Source: Acidobacteriota bacterium
GTDB lineage: Bacteria; Acidobacteriota; Thermoanaerobaculia; Thermoanaerobaculales; Thermoanaerobaculaceae
Assembly: GCA_016213675.1 (NCBI GenBank)
Contig: JACQZW010000034.1
Location: 143,403-207,402, forward strand
Reading direction: 5' to 3'
Length of the DNA stretch: 64,000 nucleotides
The notes under the pieces are model-generated. The model was not told the DNA's origin and searched no databases. It worked only from the letters and a program-made list of their open reading frames with translations. Position 1 is the stretch's first letter, and the number at the start of each line of letters is the position of its first letter. Both the position numbers and the translations under genes were made by a program. This document shows positions 55,568 to 64,000 of this stretch, one piece after another.

Positions 55568-57109
55568 AATCTGAGGACGAGGCTGGCGGAGTTCTTCAAG
55601 CGCAAGGAGAACGCCGTTCAGGGCGGAGGGCCCAAGGCGATCGAGAAGCAGCACGCCCAGGGAAAGCTGACGGCTCGCGCCCGCATCACCGCGCTCCTGG
55701 ACCCGCAGTCCTTTCACGAGTGCGACATGTTCGTCGAGCACAAGTGCGAGGATTTCGGGATGGACAAGAAGCACTTCCCGGGTGACGGGGTGGTGACCGG
55801 GACCGGGAAGATCCAGGGGCATCCGGTGTGCATCTACGCGCAGGACTTCACCGTCGCCGGCGGCTCCCTCGGCCTGATGCACGCGCGCAAGATCACCAAG
55901 ATCATGGATCAGGCCATGAAGCTCGGCGTACCGCTGATCGGGATCAACGACTCGGGCGGTGCGCGCATTCAGGAGGGGGTCAACTCGCTGGCCGGCTATG
56001 GGGAGATCTTCTTCCGCAACACCCTGGCCTCAGGCGTCATCCCGCAGATCTCGGTGGTCCTCGGACCGTGCGCCGGTGGAGCCGTGTACTCGCCCGCGCT
56101 CACGGACTTCGTCTTCGTCGTCGACAAGATCTCCAAGATGTTCATCACCGGCCCCGAGGTCATCAAGACCGTGCTCGGCGAGGAGATCTCCATGGAGGAG
56201 TTGGGCGGCGCCCGGGTCCAGGTGGAGATCTCCGGCAACGCGCACTTCTACGCCGCGAGCGAGCAGGAGTGCTTCGACCAGATCAACCGCCTGGTCACGT
56301 TCATCCCCTGGAACAACAAGAAGAAGGCCGACCCCTATCCGGCGGCCCTGCCGAAGCCCGAGTACAGCCTCGAGAGGGTCATCCCAGCCGAGCCCACCCA
56401 ACCCTACGACGTCCGCGACGTCATCCGGGCGATCTTCGACGGCAGCGATTTCTTCGAGGTCCAGGAGCACTGGGCTGCCAACATCGTCGTCGGGTTCGCC
56501 CGTCTCAAGGGCGAGACGGTGGGCATCGTCGCCAACCAGCCGCTGGTCCTGGCGGGGGTGCTCGACGTGGACTCTTCGGACAAGGCGGCCCGCTTCATCC
56601 GCTTCTGCGACGCGTTCAACATCCCGCTGGTGACGCTCGTGGACCTCCCCGGCTACCTGCCCGGGGTCGACCAGGAGCACGCCGGGGTCATCCGTCACGG
56701 CGCCAAGATCCTCTACGCCTACTCCGAGGCGACGGTGCCCAAGATCACGGTGATCCTCCGCAAGGCCTACGGAGGCGGCTACATCGCGATGTGCTCGCGC
56801 CACCTCGGAGCCGACTTCCTGTTCGCCTGGCCGACCGCCGAGATCGCCGTGATGGGGCCGGAAGGCGCCGCGAACATCATCTTCCGGGCCGAGATCGCCG
56901 AGGCCGCGGATCCCGCCGCGATGCGCCGCCAGAAGGTCGCCGAGTACACCGAGAAGTTCGCCAACCCCTTCATCGCGGCCGCCAACGGCCACGTCGATGC
57001 GGTGATCTCGCCGCAGGAGACGCGGGGATTCCTGATCCACGCCCTCGAGATCTCCGCGCACAAGTCCGAGTCGCGGCCGGCCAAGAAGCACGGCGTGCCG
57101 CCGTCCTGA
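55568..57109 (+). CDS. Acyl-CoA carboxylase carboxyltransferase subunit (propionyl-CoA carboxylase beta / methylmalonyl-CoA carboxyltransferase 12S-like)
   Basis: Strong similarity throughout (ITALLDPQSFHECDMFVEH, GINDSGGARIQEG, YGGGYIAMCS). Confidence 0.9.
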   Translation, partial: NLRTRLAEFFKRKENAVQGGGPKAIEKQHAQGKLTARARITALLDPQSFHECDMFVEHKCEDFGMDKKHFPGDGVVTGTGKIQGHPVCIYAQDFTVAGGSLGLMHARKITKIMDQAMKLGVPLIGINDSGGARIQEGVNSLAGYGEIFFRNTLASGVIPQISVVLGPCAGGAVYSPALTDFVFVVDKISKMFITGPEVIKTVLGEEISMEELGGARVQVEISGNAHFYAASEQECFDQINRLVTFIPWNNKKKADPYPAALPKPEYSLERVIPAEPTQPYDVRDVIRAIFDGSDFFEVQEHWAANIVVGFARLKGETVGIVANQPLVLAGVLDVDSSDKAARFIRFCDAFNIPLVTLVDLPGYLPGVDQEHAGVIRHGAKILYAYSEATVPKITVILRKAYGGGYIAMCSRHLGADFLFAWPTAEIAVMGPEGAANIIFRAEIAEAADPAAMRRQKVAEYTEKFANPFIAAANGHVDAVISPQETRGFLIHALEISAHKSESRPAKKHGVPPS

Positions 57110-57113
57110 TCGC

Positions 57114-57431
57114 ATGACCGAGCGCAAGAACCTCACGAGTCTGGTCGTGGACGACACCGTCTACGTGACTACGACGACGCCCAAGTTCGAACGGCGCAAG
57201 CCGTACGTTCCGGGCGATCCGCGGCATGTCGTCGCCTTCATCCCCGGCGTCATCCAGAAGATCCACGTGGCGCCCGGCCAGGCCGTGCGTTGGGGGGATG
57301 GCCTGCTCGTCCTCGAGGCCATGAAGATGAAGAACGACCTCACCTCGCCGCGCCACGGGGTGATCAAGGCCATCCATGTCGAGGTCGGGGCGATGGTCGC
57401 CAAGGGGCAGCTCCTCATCGAGTTCGAGTAG
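57114..57431 (+). CDS. Biotin carboxyl carrier / biotinyl-domain protein (1.3S subunit-like)
   Basis: Biotinylation motif LEAMKMKN in a 105-aa lipoyl/biotinyl fold. Starts 5 nt after the carboxyltransferase stop. Confidence 0.8.
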   Translation: MTERKNLTSLVVDDTVYVTTTTPKFERRKPYVPGDPRHVVAFIPGVIQKIHVAPGQAVRWGDGLLVLEAMKMKNDLTSPRHGVIKAIHVEVGAMVAKGQLLIEFE

Positions 57432-57531
57432 CGGCCTCGCGCTCGGTTGCCCGGATCCGCAGTGAGGCGGATCGTTGCCTTTTTCCTCCACCCGGGGCAT
57501 CATCGGACCACCACAAGAAGGGGGGAAGGCA

Positions 57532-59793
57532 ATGTCAAGGCAATCTCTTCGGTGCACTGTGTCCGTGATCGCGTTGTCCCTCGCCGCGACGGTCGTGGCG
57601 GCCCCGCCCGCCAGGATCGAGGCCGGCGATCCACCGGCGGCTCGGGTAAGGGAGCTCGCGGGCAGGCGCGGATCACTCGTCCCGGGCGTTCACGGAACCC
57701 AGATCTCGGGAGTCCTCTCGGGGGAGCGCTTCTTCCCGCAGTCGATCGCGTCCGGTGACCCGCGTCCCGACAGCGTGATCATCTGGACCCGGGTGTCCGA
57801 CGCCGACCGGGCCGGGACCGACCTGCCCGTCCGCCTGATCGTCACCAAGGACCGCTTCTTCTCCCACGTCGTCTTCAACCAGGTGGTCACCGCGAAGAGC
57901 GACTACGACCACTGTGTGAAGGTCCGCGTCGGCGGGCTGGAGCCCGGGACCTCCTACATCTACTTCTTCGTCTACGAGAATGGCGGGACGCTCTACCTCT
58001 CGCACACGGGGTCCACCAAGACCGCGCCGGCCCCCGACTCGGACGTGCCGGTCAGGTTCGCCTTCCTCAACTGCCAGGACTACGTCGGCCGCTACTACAA
58101 CGTGCTGCAGAAGGCCCTGCTCGATCACTCGTCCGACATCGACTTCGTGGTCCACCTCGGCGACTACGTCTACGAGACGACCGGCGATCCCAGCTTCCAG
58201 GCCCCGCCCGCCGATCGCGAGCTGGTGTTCGCCGACCAGGCAGGCGCGATCCGGCTCGGTGACGACGAGCATCCCTACTACGCGGCCAACTCGCTGTCGA
58301 ACTACCGCGACCTGTACAAGACGTACCGGTCGGACCAGATGCTGCAGAAGATTCACGAGCGCTACCCGATGATCGCCACCTGGGACGACCACGAGTACAC
58401 CAATGACTCGCACGGGGCCGAGGGGACGTACTTCGCCGGCCGGCGGGACGAGAACGACCCGGTGAGGCGCCGCAACGCCGATCGCGCGTACCTCGAGTTC
58501 ATGCCCATCGAGGTCGGCCTCGACGCGGCGGGCACGCTCACCGTCGACGACTCGATGATCTTCCCGAACACCCGGATCTACCGCACGTTCCGGTTCGGGA
58601 CCAACGTCGAGCTGGTGATGACCGACTACCGCTCCTTCCGCCCCGACCACCTGGTCCCCGAGGACGCCTTCCCCGGCAAGCTCGCCATCAGCCGCGAGGT
58701 CATCGAGCTGGTCATCGGCCCGGCGGGCTACCAGTTGTTCGCCAGCCAGCTCGATCCCTACGTCGACCTCGACGGCCTCCCGGCGGTGATGGCCCCGATG
58801 CTCGCGATCGTGACGCAGATGTACCTCACGGAAAACCCCGAGCTGTCCCAGGCGGACGCGGCCGCGCTCGCGGGCGAGGCGCTCGGCGGCCGGGTCTCGG
58901 CAACGTTCGTCAACGCGGCGTTCGCCGCGGCCTCTCTGCCGTCGCCCTTCGACGACGCCGCGTTGGCGGCCATGGACCGCGGGCTGACCGTGCTCATGTT
59001 CGGCAAGCGGAGCATCTACTCGGCGGCGGGCTCGCGAAACTTCGTGGTCAAGGACTCGCTCGACATGTACTCCAGCTTCGGGTTCTTCTCGACCGGCGGA
59101 GAGACGCAGAACGCCTACGGGGCGACCCAGGAGGCATGGTTGCGGGACACGCTCAGCGAGTCGCCGGCCACCTGGAAGCTGCTGGGCAGCTCGGTCGCCT
59201 ATGCCCCGAAGATCCTCGACTTCACCAACCCGACGATCGCCGCCGTCCTCCCGCCCACCTTCCCGGACCTCCTCCGTCGCGCCTTCCTGTTCGGGGCCGA
59301 CGACTGGGACGGCTTCCCCGACAAGCGCAGCAGCCTGATGCAGTTCTACGCTACCGTGCCGAACCTGGTGATCCTCTCGGGCGACTGGCACGCGTCGTTC
59401 GTCACGGATCACCTGAACGGGGTCTTCGAGTTCACCGGGCCGGCCGTCTCGTCGGAAACGGCCCAGGGCGAGGCGCTCAAGTTCGTCCTCGGTGATCCGC
59501 TGCTCTCGCAGGTCCCCGGCGTCGAGCAGATCGTCGGTCTGCTCGGCACCATCGTCCAGATCTCCTCGCTCGACCCCGAGGTGTCACCGGCGCAGCTCGC
59601 GTTCTCGGACACCGCGAGGAACGGTTACGTCTTCGTCGAGGTCACCCCCGACGCGCTGCTGGCGACCTACAGCCTGATCGACGGCGACGAGACGCTGACC
59701 TCGTACTACGCAACGCCGGACGCCCTGCCGAGCCTGTTCACCACCACGACCTTCACGCTGAGCGGAGGCAGCCTGAGCATCAGCGCCCCGTGA
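57532..59793 (+). CDS. phoD: PhoD-family alkaline phosphatase/phosphodiesterase (secreted metallophosphatase)
   Basis: Signal peptide, GDYVYE, WDDHEYTNDSHG and GDWHASF metallophosphatase motifs. Trimmed to M20. Confidence 0.75.
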   Translation: MSRQSLRCTVSVIALSLAATVVAAPPARIEAGDPPAARVRELAGRRGSLVPGVHGTQISGVLSGERFFPQSIASGDPRPDSVIIWTRVSDADRAGTDLPVRLIVTKDRFFSHVVFNQVVTAKSDYDHCVKVRVGGLEPGTSYIYFFVYENGGTLYLSHTGSTKTAPAPDSDVPVRFAFLNCQDYVGRYYNVLQKALLDHSSDIDFVVHLGDYVYETTGDPSFQAPPADRELVFADQAGAIRLGDDEHPYYAANSLSNYRDLYKTYRSDQMLQKIHERYPMIATWDDHEYTNDSHGAEGTYFAGRRDENDPVRRRNADRAYLEFMPIEVGLDAAGTLTVDDSMIFPNTRIYRTFRFGTNVELVMTDYRSFRPDHLVPEDAFPGKLAISREVIELVIGPAGYQLFASQLDPYVDLDGLPAVMAPMLAIVTQMYLTENPELSQADAAALAGEALGGRVSATFVNAAFAAASLPSPFDDAALAAMDRGLTVLMFGKRSIYSAAGSRNFVVKDSLDMYSSFGFFSTGGETQNAYGATQEAWLRDTLSESPATWKLLGSSVAYAPKILDFTNPTIAAVLPPTFPDLLRRAFLFGADDWDGFPDKRSSLMQFYATVPNLVILSGDWHASFVTDHLNGVFEFTGPAVSSETAQGEALKFVLGDPLLSQVPGVEQIVGLLGTIVQISSLDPEVSPAQLAFSDTARNGYVFVEVTPDALLATYSLIDGDETLTSYYATPDALPSLFTTTTFTLSGGSLSISAP

Positions 59794-59865
59794 CCCGGGG
59801 TGAACGCCCGTTGCCGTGGCGGGTCCCGGCGGTGCCGGGGCCCGCTCGGCGTATGATCGCGACCG

Positions 59866-60507
59866 GTGGCCATGACGGGTAACGTGGTTGCGCTGATCGC
59901 CGTGGCGGTGGGTGCCGTCGGCGTCCTCCTCGTCGGGGAGGCGAAGGGACGCCGGCCGTTGGTGCTGGCGGCCAAGCCTCTGGCCTCGGCGTGCTTCGTC
60001 GCCGTCGGCTGGGTGTCGCTCCGCGACTCGGACCCGTACGGTGCGTGGATCGTGCTCGGGCTGGCCTTCTCGATGGTCGGAGACATCCTGCTCATGTTCA
60101 GGCGGGCGTTCCTGGCGGGGATCGGCGTGTTCCTGGCCGCCCACGTCGCCTATCTCGCGGCCTTTCACGTCCTGCTGCCGGCGCACGACTGGCCGCTTTG
60201 GATCGCCGCCCCCGTGACCACGACCTCGGCATTCGCGGCCGCCTGGCTGTGGCCTCACCTGGGGCGTCTCCGCGCGCCGGTGGTTGCCTATGTCGCCGCG
60301 ATCACGCTCATGCTGTGGGGGGCACTGGCCGCCCTGGAAGCGGGCCGGCTCGGGACCGTCTTCGCTGCCGGCGCGGTGCTCTTCTACCTGTCGGACCTGG
60401 CGGTCGCGCGAGACCGGTTCGTGAGGTCGGGCTTCGTCAACCGGGCGTGGGGACTGCCGGCCTACTACATCGGACAGATCCTGCTGGCGCTCAGTGTCGG
60501 CAGATAG
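59866..60507 (+). CDS. YhhN-family integral membrane protein (lysoplasmalogenase/TMEM86-like)
   Basis: Eight predicted TM helices with the YhhN pattern (FSMVGDILLM...GVFLAAHVAYL...FYLSDLAVARDRF). Confidence 0.65.
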   Translation: MAMTGNVVALIAVAVGAVGVLLVGEAKGRRPLVLAAKPLASACFVAVGWVSLRDSDPYGAWIVLGLAFSMVGDILLMFRRAFLAGIGVFLAAHVAYLAAFHVLLPAHDWPLWIAAPVTTTSAFAAAWLWPHLGRLRAPVVAYVAAITLMLWGALAALEAGRLGTVFAAGAVLFYLSDLAVARDRFVRSGFVNRAWGLPAYYIGQILLALSVGR

Positions 60508-60558
60508 GCGCCTGGAGTGGCGAGCCGGGACCGGTGGGGCGGTGGGAGCGGGGCGGGG

Positions 60559-61257
60559 TCAGACGGCGAGCTGCGAGAGGTGCTGGACCAGGCGGTCCTG
60601 GTCCTCGGCCCGGATCGACCGGAAGCGCAGGGCGACGCCCGTGAGCCGCTCACGACGCTGGGTGGCGTGCCTGACCACCTCGGCCTGCCCGCGGATCGGC
60701 CCGGGCTCTCCCGGCACGGTGAGCTCGAAACCGATCTCGGTGCCGACGGGATAGGTTTCGTCGATGCGGACGAGCATACCGCTCGACGAGACATTGACGG
60801 TCTGACAGAGGACGCGGGTGGTCCCGAGCTCCGAGGGGACCTCGAGACGCGCCAGCGCGCGAAGCGGCACCCGCGGCGCCACCTCGATGATCCCAGGGAG
60901 GACGTGCTGCAGCACGGACGGCGGGCTGGAGGTCCCGAGGACGCGGTTGGCGCCCTTGCCGACATGGCTCTCGGCCTCGGCGATCGACTCGTCGGGAGCC
61001 ACCAGGACGATCGCCGAGTGCTTGCACGACGAGTTCTCCCGGCGGAGGAAGTCGAGAAGCCGCTCGGCCGACATGTCGGGAACCGGGAGCGCGATCACCA
61101 CGGCGTCGTAGGGTAGGAGCGCGGTGAGCTCGAGGGCGCCGGCCGCGGTGGAGATGTAGTCACAGCGGAACTCGGCGAGTGACAATCCCCCGGTCCAGCG
61201 CTCGAAGAGCGGGGGTTCGAAGCCCACGAAGAGCACGTCCCGCTTGGCGGTGAGCAT
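60559..61257 (-). CDS. Pseudo-receiver (REC-like) domain fused to a PilZ domain, paralog 1
   Basis: N-terminal REC-like fold without the acidic pocket pair (VLFVGFEPP...YDAVVIALPVPDMSAE). C-terminal PilZ (RVLCQTVNVSSSGMLVRIDETYPVGTEIGFEL...IRGQAEVVRH). Confidence 0.55.
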   Translation of the reverse strand: MLTAKRDVLFVGFEPPLFERWTGGLSLAEFRCDYISTAAGALELTALLPYDAVVIALPVPDMSAERLLDFLRRENSSCKHSAIVLVAPDESIAEAESHVGKGANRVLGTSSPPSVLQHVLPGIIEVAPRVPLRALARLEVPSELGTTRVLCQTVNVSSSGMLVRIDETYPVGTEIGFELTVPGEPGPIRGQAEVVRHATQRRERLTGVALRFRSIRAEDQDRLVQHLSQLAV

Positions 61258-61507
61258 GACTGCAGCCCTCGGCTTCCCTCCGCGACCCTACGACCGAATC
61301 TGCTCGAACAGCCCACGGTGGCGCCTGTCGATCGAGTGCCGCAGTTGCTCGCCCTCGAACGCCCGCCCGGTGCAAGTCCGTACGACAACCGCGGGTTACG
61401 CCTTCGTGGTCACTCTCACACTACTGTACCACCGGTGGAACCTGCGTCTCGCCTGAGCCCGAGCCTCCCGTCCATCAGGACCGCCCCTGTCCCGCGGCTG
61501 CGCGGGG

Positions 61508-62206
61508 TCACGAGGCCAGGTGATCGAGGTAGCTGGCGAACCGCTGTGCGTCACTCCCCTCGAAGTGCGAGAAGCGCACCCCGACCCCGGCGATGCGTTC
61601 GCGACGCTGGAGGGTGTTGCGAACCACCTGGGCCCGACCGCGGATCGGCTTGTCCACACCGGGCAGGGCCAGCTCGAAGGCGAACTCGGTCCCGACGGGG
61701 TACTCCTGGTCGGTGCGGAGCAGCATCCCGGTCGCCGAGATGTTCTCGGTCTGGCAAAGCACCAGCTTGGTGCCGCGGGAGCCCTCGACCTTCACCCTGC
61801 TGATCGCGCGCAGCGCCAGCCTCGGCGCTATGCCGGTGAGCGTCGCGATGGTCTTCTCGATCTGGTGAGCCGGGGCATCGACGGCGAGCACGCGGTTCGC
61901 GCCGTAGCCGAGCAGGACTCCGGCGTCCTCGAGCGCCTCGGAGCCGGCGAGGAGGACGACGGCGGCGTTTCGGCTCGGGCAGTCGGCCTTGCGCACGGCC
62001 GACAGGAACGGCCTGGCCTCGACGTCCGGAAGCGGGAAGCCCACGACCACAGCGTCGTAGGGGAACAGCGACATCAGGTCGAGCGCCTCCCGACCGGTCG
62101 CGATGAACTCGGTGAAGAAATGCGCGCGGTTGAGGACCGGTGTCACCTCGTCGAAGACGTGGTGTGGAACCCCGACCACGAGCACGCTGCGACCCGCCGC
62201 CACCAT
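61508..62206 (-). CDS. Pseudo-receiver (REC-like) domain fused to a PilZ domain, paralog 2
   Basis: About 45% identical to 60559-61257 (VLVVGVPHH...YDAVVVGFPLPDVEAR; KLVLCQTENISATGMLLRTDQEYPVGTEFAFEL...IRGRAQVVRN). Trimmed to M40. The ORF-table start is a GTG at 62323. Confidence 0.55.
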   Translation of the reverse strand: MVAAGRSVLVVGVPHHVFDEVTPVLNRAHFFTEFIATGREALDLMSLFPYDAVVVGFPLPDVEARPFLSAVRKADCPSRNAAVVLLAGSEALEDAGVLLGYGANRVLAVDAPAHQIEKTIATLTGIAPRLALRAISRVKVEGSRGTKLVLCQTENISATGMLLRTDQEYPVGTEFAFELALPGVDKPIRGRAQVVRNTLQRRERIAGVGVRFSHFEGSDAQRFASYLDHLAS

Positions 62207-62334
62207 GGGTTCATTATCGCGCCTCCGGGGCCGCCGGCAACCTCTCCCGGTCGCTCGGGGTTGCCACCCGCGAGCCAACCCCTTACCCTGGACGGCAGAG
62301 GGACCGTGGTCAGGCCACGGCACTCACGACGAAC

Positions 62335-63312
62335 ATGCCGGTGCAAGATCGCTTCCAGGACCTTTCGGAGCTGCGGAGCTTCCGCCTCTTCGAGCATTTC
62401 ACCGACAACCAGCTCGCCGTGCTCTACCAGGCCACCCGTCACGAGAGGTTGGCCGAGAAGGAGGTCGTCTACGCCGAAGGCCAGGCCGGCGACGACTTCT
62501 TCGTGATCGTCGCGGGAGGCGTCGAGGCGTACCGCGAGACCATGGTCGGTCGCCAACCGGTGGCCAGGCTGCGGGTAGGTCAAGTCTTTGGCGAGGACTC
62601 CTTCATCGATGGCGACGTCCGGTCTGCGACGGCCGTCGGCGTCCAGGGGGGGTTGCTCCTGCGCGTGGACGGGGCGCAGGCGCGCATGCTCATCGGGTCG
62701 CTCAAGGGATTCGACGTCGCCGTGCTGCGGTCGTTCTGGCACGCACTCGCCGCCAAGGTTAGGCAGGCCAACGCCTTCATGGCCGAGATCGCGGCCACCG
62801 GGCACGAGGCTCCGCAGCGCGGTCCGACCGAGCGGGGTGAGCAGGTCGCCCTGCAGCCCTCGGCCAAGCTCGGGCTCTTCCAGGAGCAGGGGCTGGGAAC
62901 CGCGGAGCTTCGCCTCCTCGCCACCACGCTGCCGGCCGAGCGGTTCGCTCCGGACGCCATGATCTTCTTCGAAGGAGAGCTCGGCGACAGCCTCTTCATC
63001 GTCGTCGACGGCGAGGTGCGGATCTCCCGCCGCCTGCCCGGGATGGGCGAGGAGACGCTGGCGATCCTCGGCCGGGGCGAGGTGTTCGGCGAGATGGCGC
63101 TCATCGACGAGCTGCCACGCTCCGCCGACGCCCGCTCGCACTTCCGGGGCTGCACCGTGCTGAGGCTGTCGCGCAACGACCTCGACGAGCTGCTCGGCCT
63201 GGACAGCGCGGCCTCGGCGTTCCTCGGCCTGCTCTGCCGGCTCCTCACGCGACGCTACCGCGCGATGATCAACCACCTGATCACGTGGCGGGTCATGGCC
63301 GGTTTCAGCTAG
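62335..63312 (+). CDS. Protein with two tandem cyclic-nucleotide-binding domains
   Basis: cNMP domain 1 (FFVIVAGGVEAY...GQVFGEDSFIDGDVRSATAV) and domain 2 (LFIVVDGEVRISRR...GRGEVFGEMALIDELPRSADA). Trimmed to M66. Confidence 0.7.
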   Translation: MPVQDRFQDLSELRSFRLFEHFTDNQLAVLYQATRHERLAEKEVVYAEGQAGDDFFVIVAGGVEAYRETMVGRQPVARLRVGQVFGEDSFIDGDVRSATAVGVQGGLLLRVDGAQARMLIGSLKGFDVAVLRSFWHALAAKVRQANAFMAEIAATGHEAPQRGPTERGEQVALQPSAKLGLFQEQGLGTAELRLLATTLPAERFAPDAMIFFEGELGDSLFIVVDGEVRISRRLPGMGEETLAILGRGEVFGEMALIDELPRSADARSHFRGCTVLRLSRNDLDELLGLDSAASAFLGLLCRLLTRRYRAMINHLITWRVMAGFS

Positions 63313-63325
63313 CGTTCTCGGCGGA

Positions 63326-63673
63326 TCAGCGCAGCAGCCTGGCGTACGAGGCTTCGTCGAAACCGACGATGAGGGTCCTCCCCGTGAGGAGCGAGGGCGC
63401 TCGCAGGTTGCCGCTCGGTCCGAGCAGGACCTTGAGCAGCGCCTCGCGGTCGGGTCTGTCCTTCTTCATGTCGATGTCGACGATCCGCTTCCCCTTGCTG
63501 GCGATGATCCGATCGACCCGGGACGCGAGCGCCAGCGCGTCATCGGGGCCGAGGATCTGCTTCTTCGTGCTGACCTGGTCGTGGACTTCGACGTCCTCCC
63601 GCGCAAGGAACTCCTGCGTTCGCCCGCACGTCGTTCAACCGGGCCGGAAGTAGAGCCAGTCGGCGCGTGGCAT
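63326..63673 (-). CDS. ArsC/Spx/YffB-family thioredoxin-fold protein with an in-frame TGA at the first Cys of the CxxC motif (candidate selenoprotein, UxxC)
   Basis: Reverse-complement translation: MPRADWLYFRPG-[TGA]-TTCGRTQEFLAREDVEVHDQVSTKKQILGPDDALALASRVDRIIASKGKRIVDIDMKKDRPDREALLKVLLGPSGNLRAPSLLTGRTLIVGFDEASYARLLR*. It aligns with the Spx/ArsC N-terminus (IYxxPxCxxCRKAxxwL) with TGA (63635-63637) exactly at the first Cys. The frame continues 103 codons past TGA with high GC3 and family-typical motifs. A stem-loop follows the TGA. Confidence 0.55.
63590..63632 (-). promoter_or_regulatory. Candidate bacterial SECIS-like stem-loop 2 nt downstream of the in-frame UGA
   Basis: mRNA: UGA ac GACGU gcgggcgaa CGCAGG aguuc CUUGCG cgggagg ACGUC. 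A two-tier hairpin with a 5-bp lower stem, internal loop and 6-bp upper stem (one G-U) starts 2 nt after UGA. The apical loop sits about 22 nt downstream, the distance range seen in bacterial SECIS elements. Confidence 0.35.
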
Positions 63674-63718
63674 GGGGCCTCCCTTCGCGGGTCAGCATAG
63701 CGCCGCCCGGGAGCACGC

Positions 63719-64000
63719 TCACAGCCATCTGCCGCCGCGCGCCAGGAGCGTGGGATCGGACCGCCAGCCCGTGGCCGACGGCATCGGCGGCGGCGATGGC
63801 GGCGGCGCCGCAGCAGCGGCCGACACTCCATCGGCCCGCCAGGACAGCGTCACGGTGGCCGTGTAGCGGCGTTGGAACGGGGGCGCCGGCATGTCCGCCC
63901 CGGAGAGGCTGCGGCTGAGGTCGGCCCCGGCCTGGACGCTGACCAGGGAGCTCGCCCACGCCGGCGACCACTGCACCACGAGCTGGTACTGCTCGCTGGC
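63719..64000 (-). CDS. Partial ORF (C-terminal end of a gene that starts beyond the window); hypothetical
   Basis: Open frame to the window edge reading ...ASEQYQLVVQWSPAWASSLVSVQAGADLSRSLSGADMPAPPFQRRYTATVTLSWRADG..., then an Ala/Pro-rich tail. No recognisable domain, so this may be a shadow ORF. Confidence 0.2.
   Translation of the reverse strand, partial: ASEQYQLVVQWSPAWASSLVSVQAGADLSRSLSGADMPAPPFQRRYTATVTLSWRADGVSAAAAAPPPSPPPMPSATGWRSDPTLLARGGRWL

Noticed and set aside
1-64000. Searched for CRISPR arrays, IS/transposase genes, integrases, tRNA/rRNA genes and phage modules
   Set aside because: No regularly spaced direct repeats, no transposase/integrase-like translations and no tRNA-like cloverleaf candidates were recognised in the intergenic spacers. 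The window looks like core/accessory chromosome rather than a mobile element.

Overview
This is a high-GC (~70%) bacterial chromosomal segment that is densely coding on both strands. I see no rRNA, tRNA, CRISPR array or transposase. Coordinates come from the ORF table plus residue offsets to the likely true starts. The left end (1-4728, minus strand) is a chemotaxis operon: cheB (5' partial), a CheA-receiver hybrid, an MCP with an unusual C-terminal Cache/PAS-like domain, and two CheW genes. An upstream co-oriented operon (4859-8653) encodes an AMP-dependent ligase, a TPR-cNMP-binding protein and an amidohydrolase. The middle holds two-component systems, an ECF sigma factor, an M23 peptidase, hutU, a very large multi-TM sensor kinase and a psd-pssA lipid operon with an Asd-like gene. 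It also holds a ketosynthase/chain-length-factor-like pair, mscL, a PEP carboxykinase-like gene, a flotillin gene, an aminotransferase fused to an HprK-like kinase domain, an SBP gene, pfk and parA. The right part contains two tandem paralogous secreted-protein genes showing concerted evolution, followed by an M14 carboxypeptidase with an overlapped arfB. Further right are TPM proteins, a 6xCxxC small secreted protein, lepB, acyl-CoA carboxyltransferase plus a biotinyl protein, phoD and a YhhN lysoplasmalogenase. Last comes a cluster of PilZ and cNMP-binding signalling proteins. The most striking item is at the right edge (63326-63673, minus strand): an ArsC/Spx-family thioredoxin-fold ORF interrupted by an in-frame TGA at the first Cys of the CxxC motif, with a stem-loop immediately downstream. 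This is a candidate selenoprotein with a SECIS-like element. Many long ORFs in the six-frame track are antisense shadow ORFs typical of high-GC DNA and are rejected.
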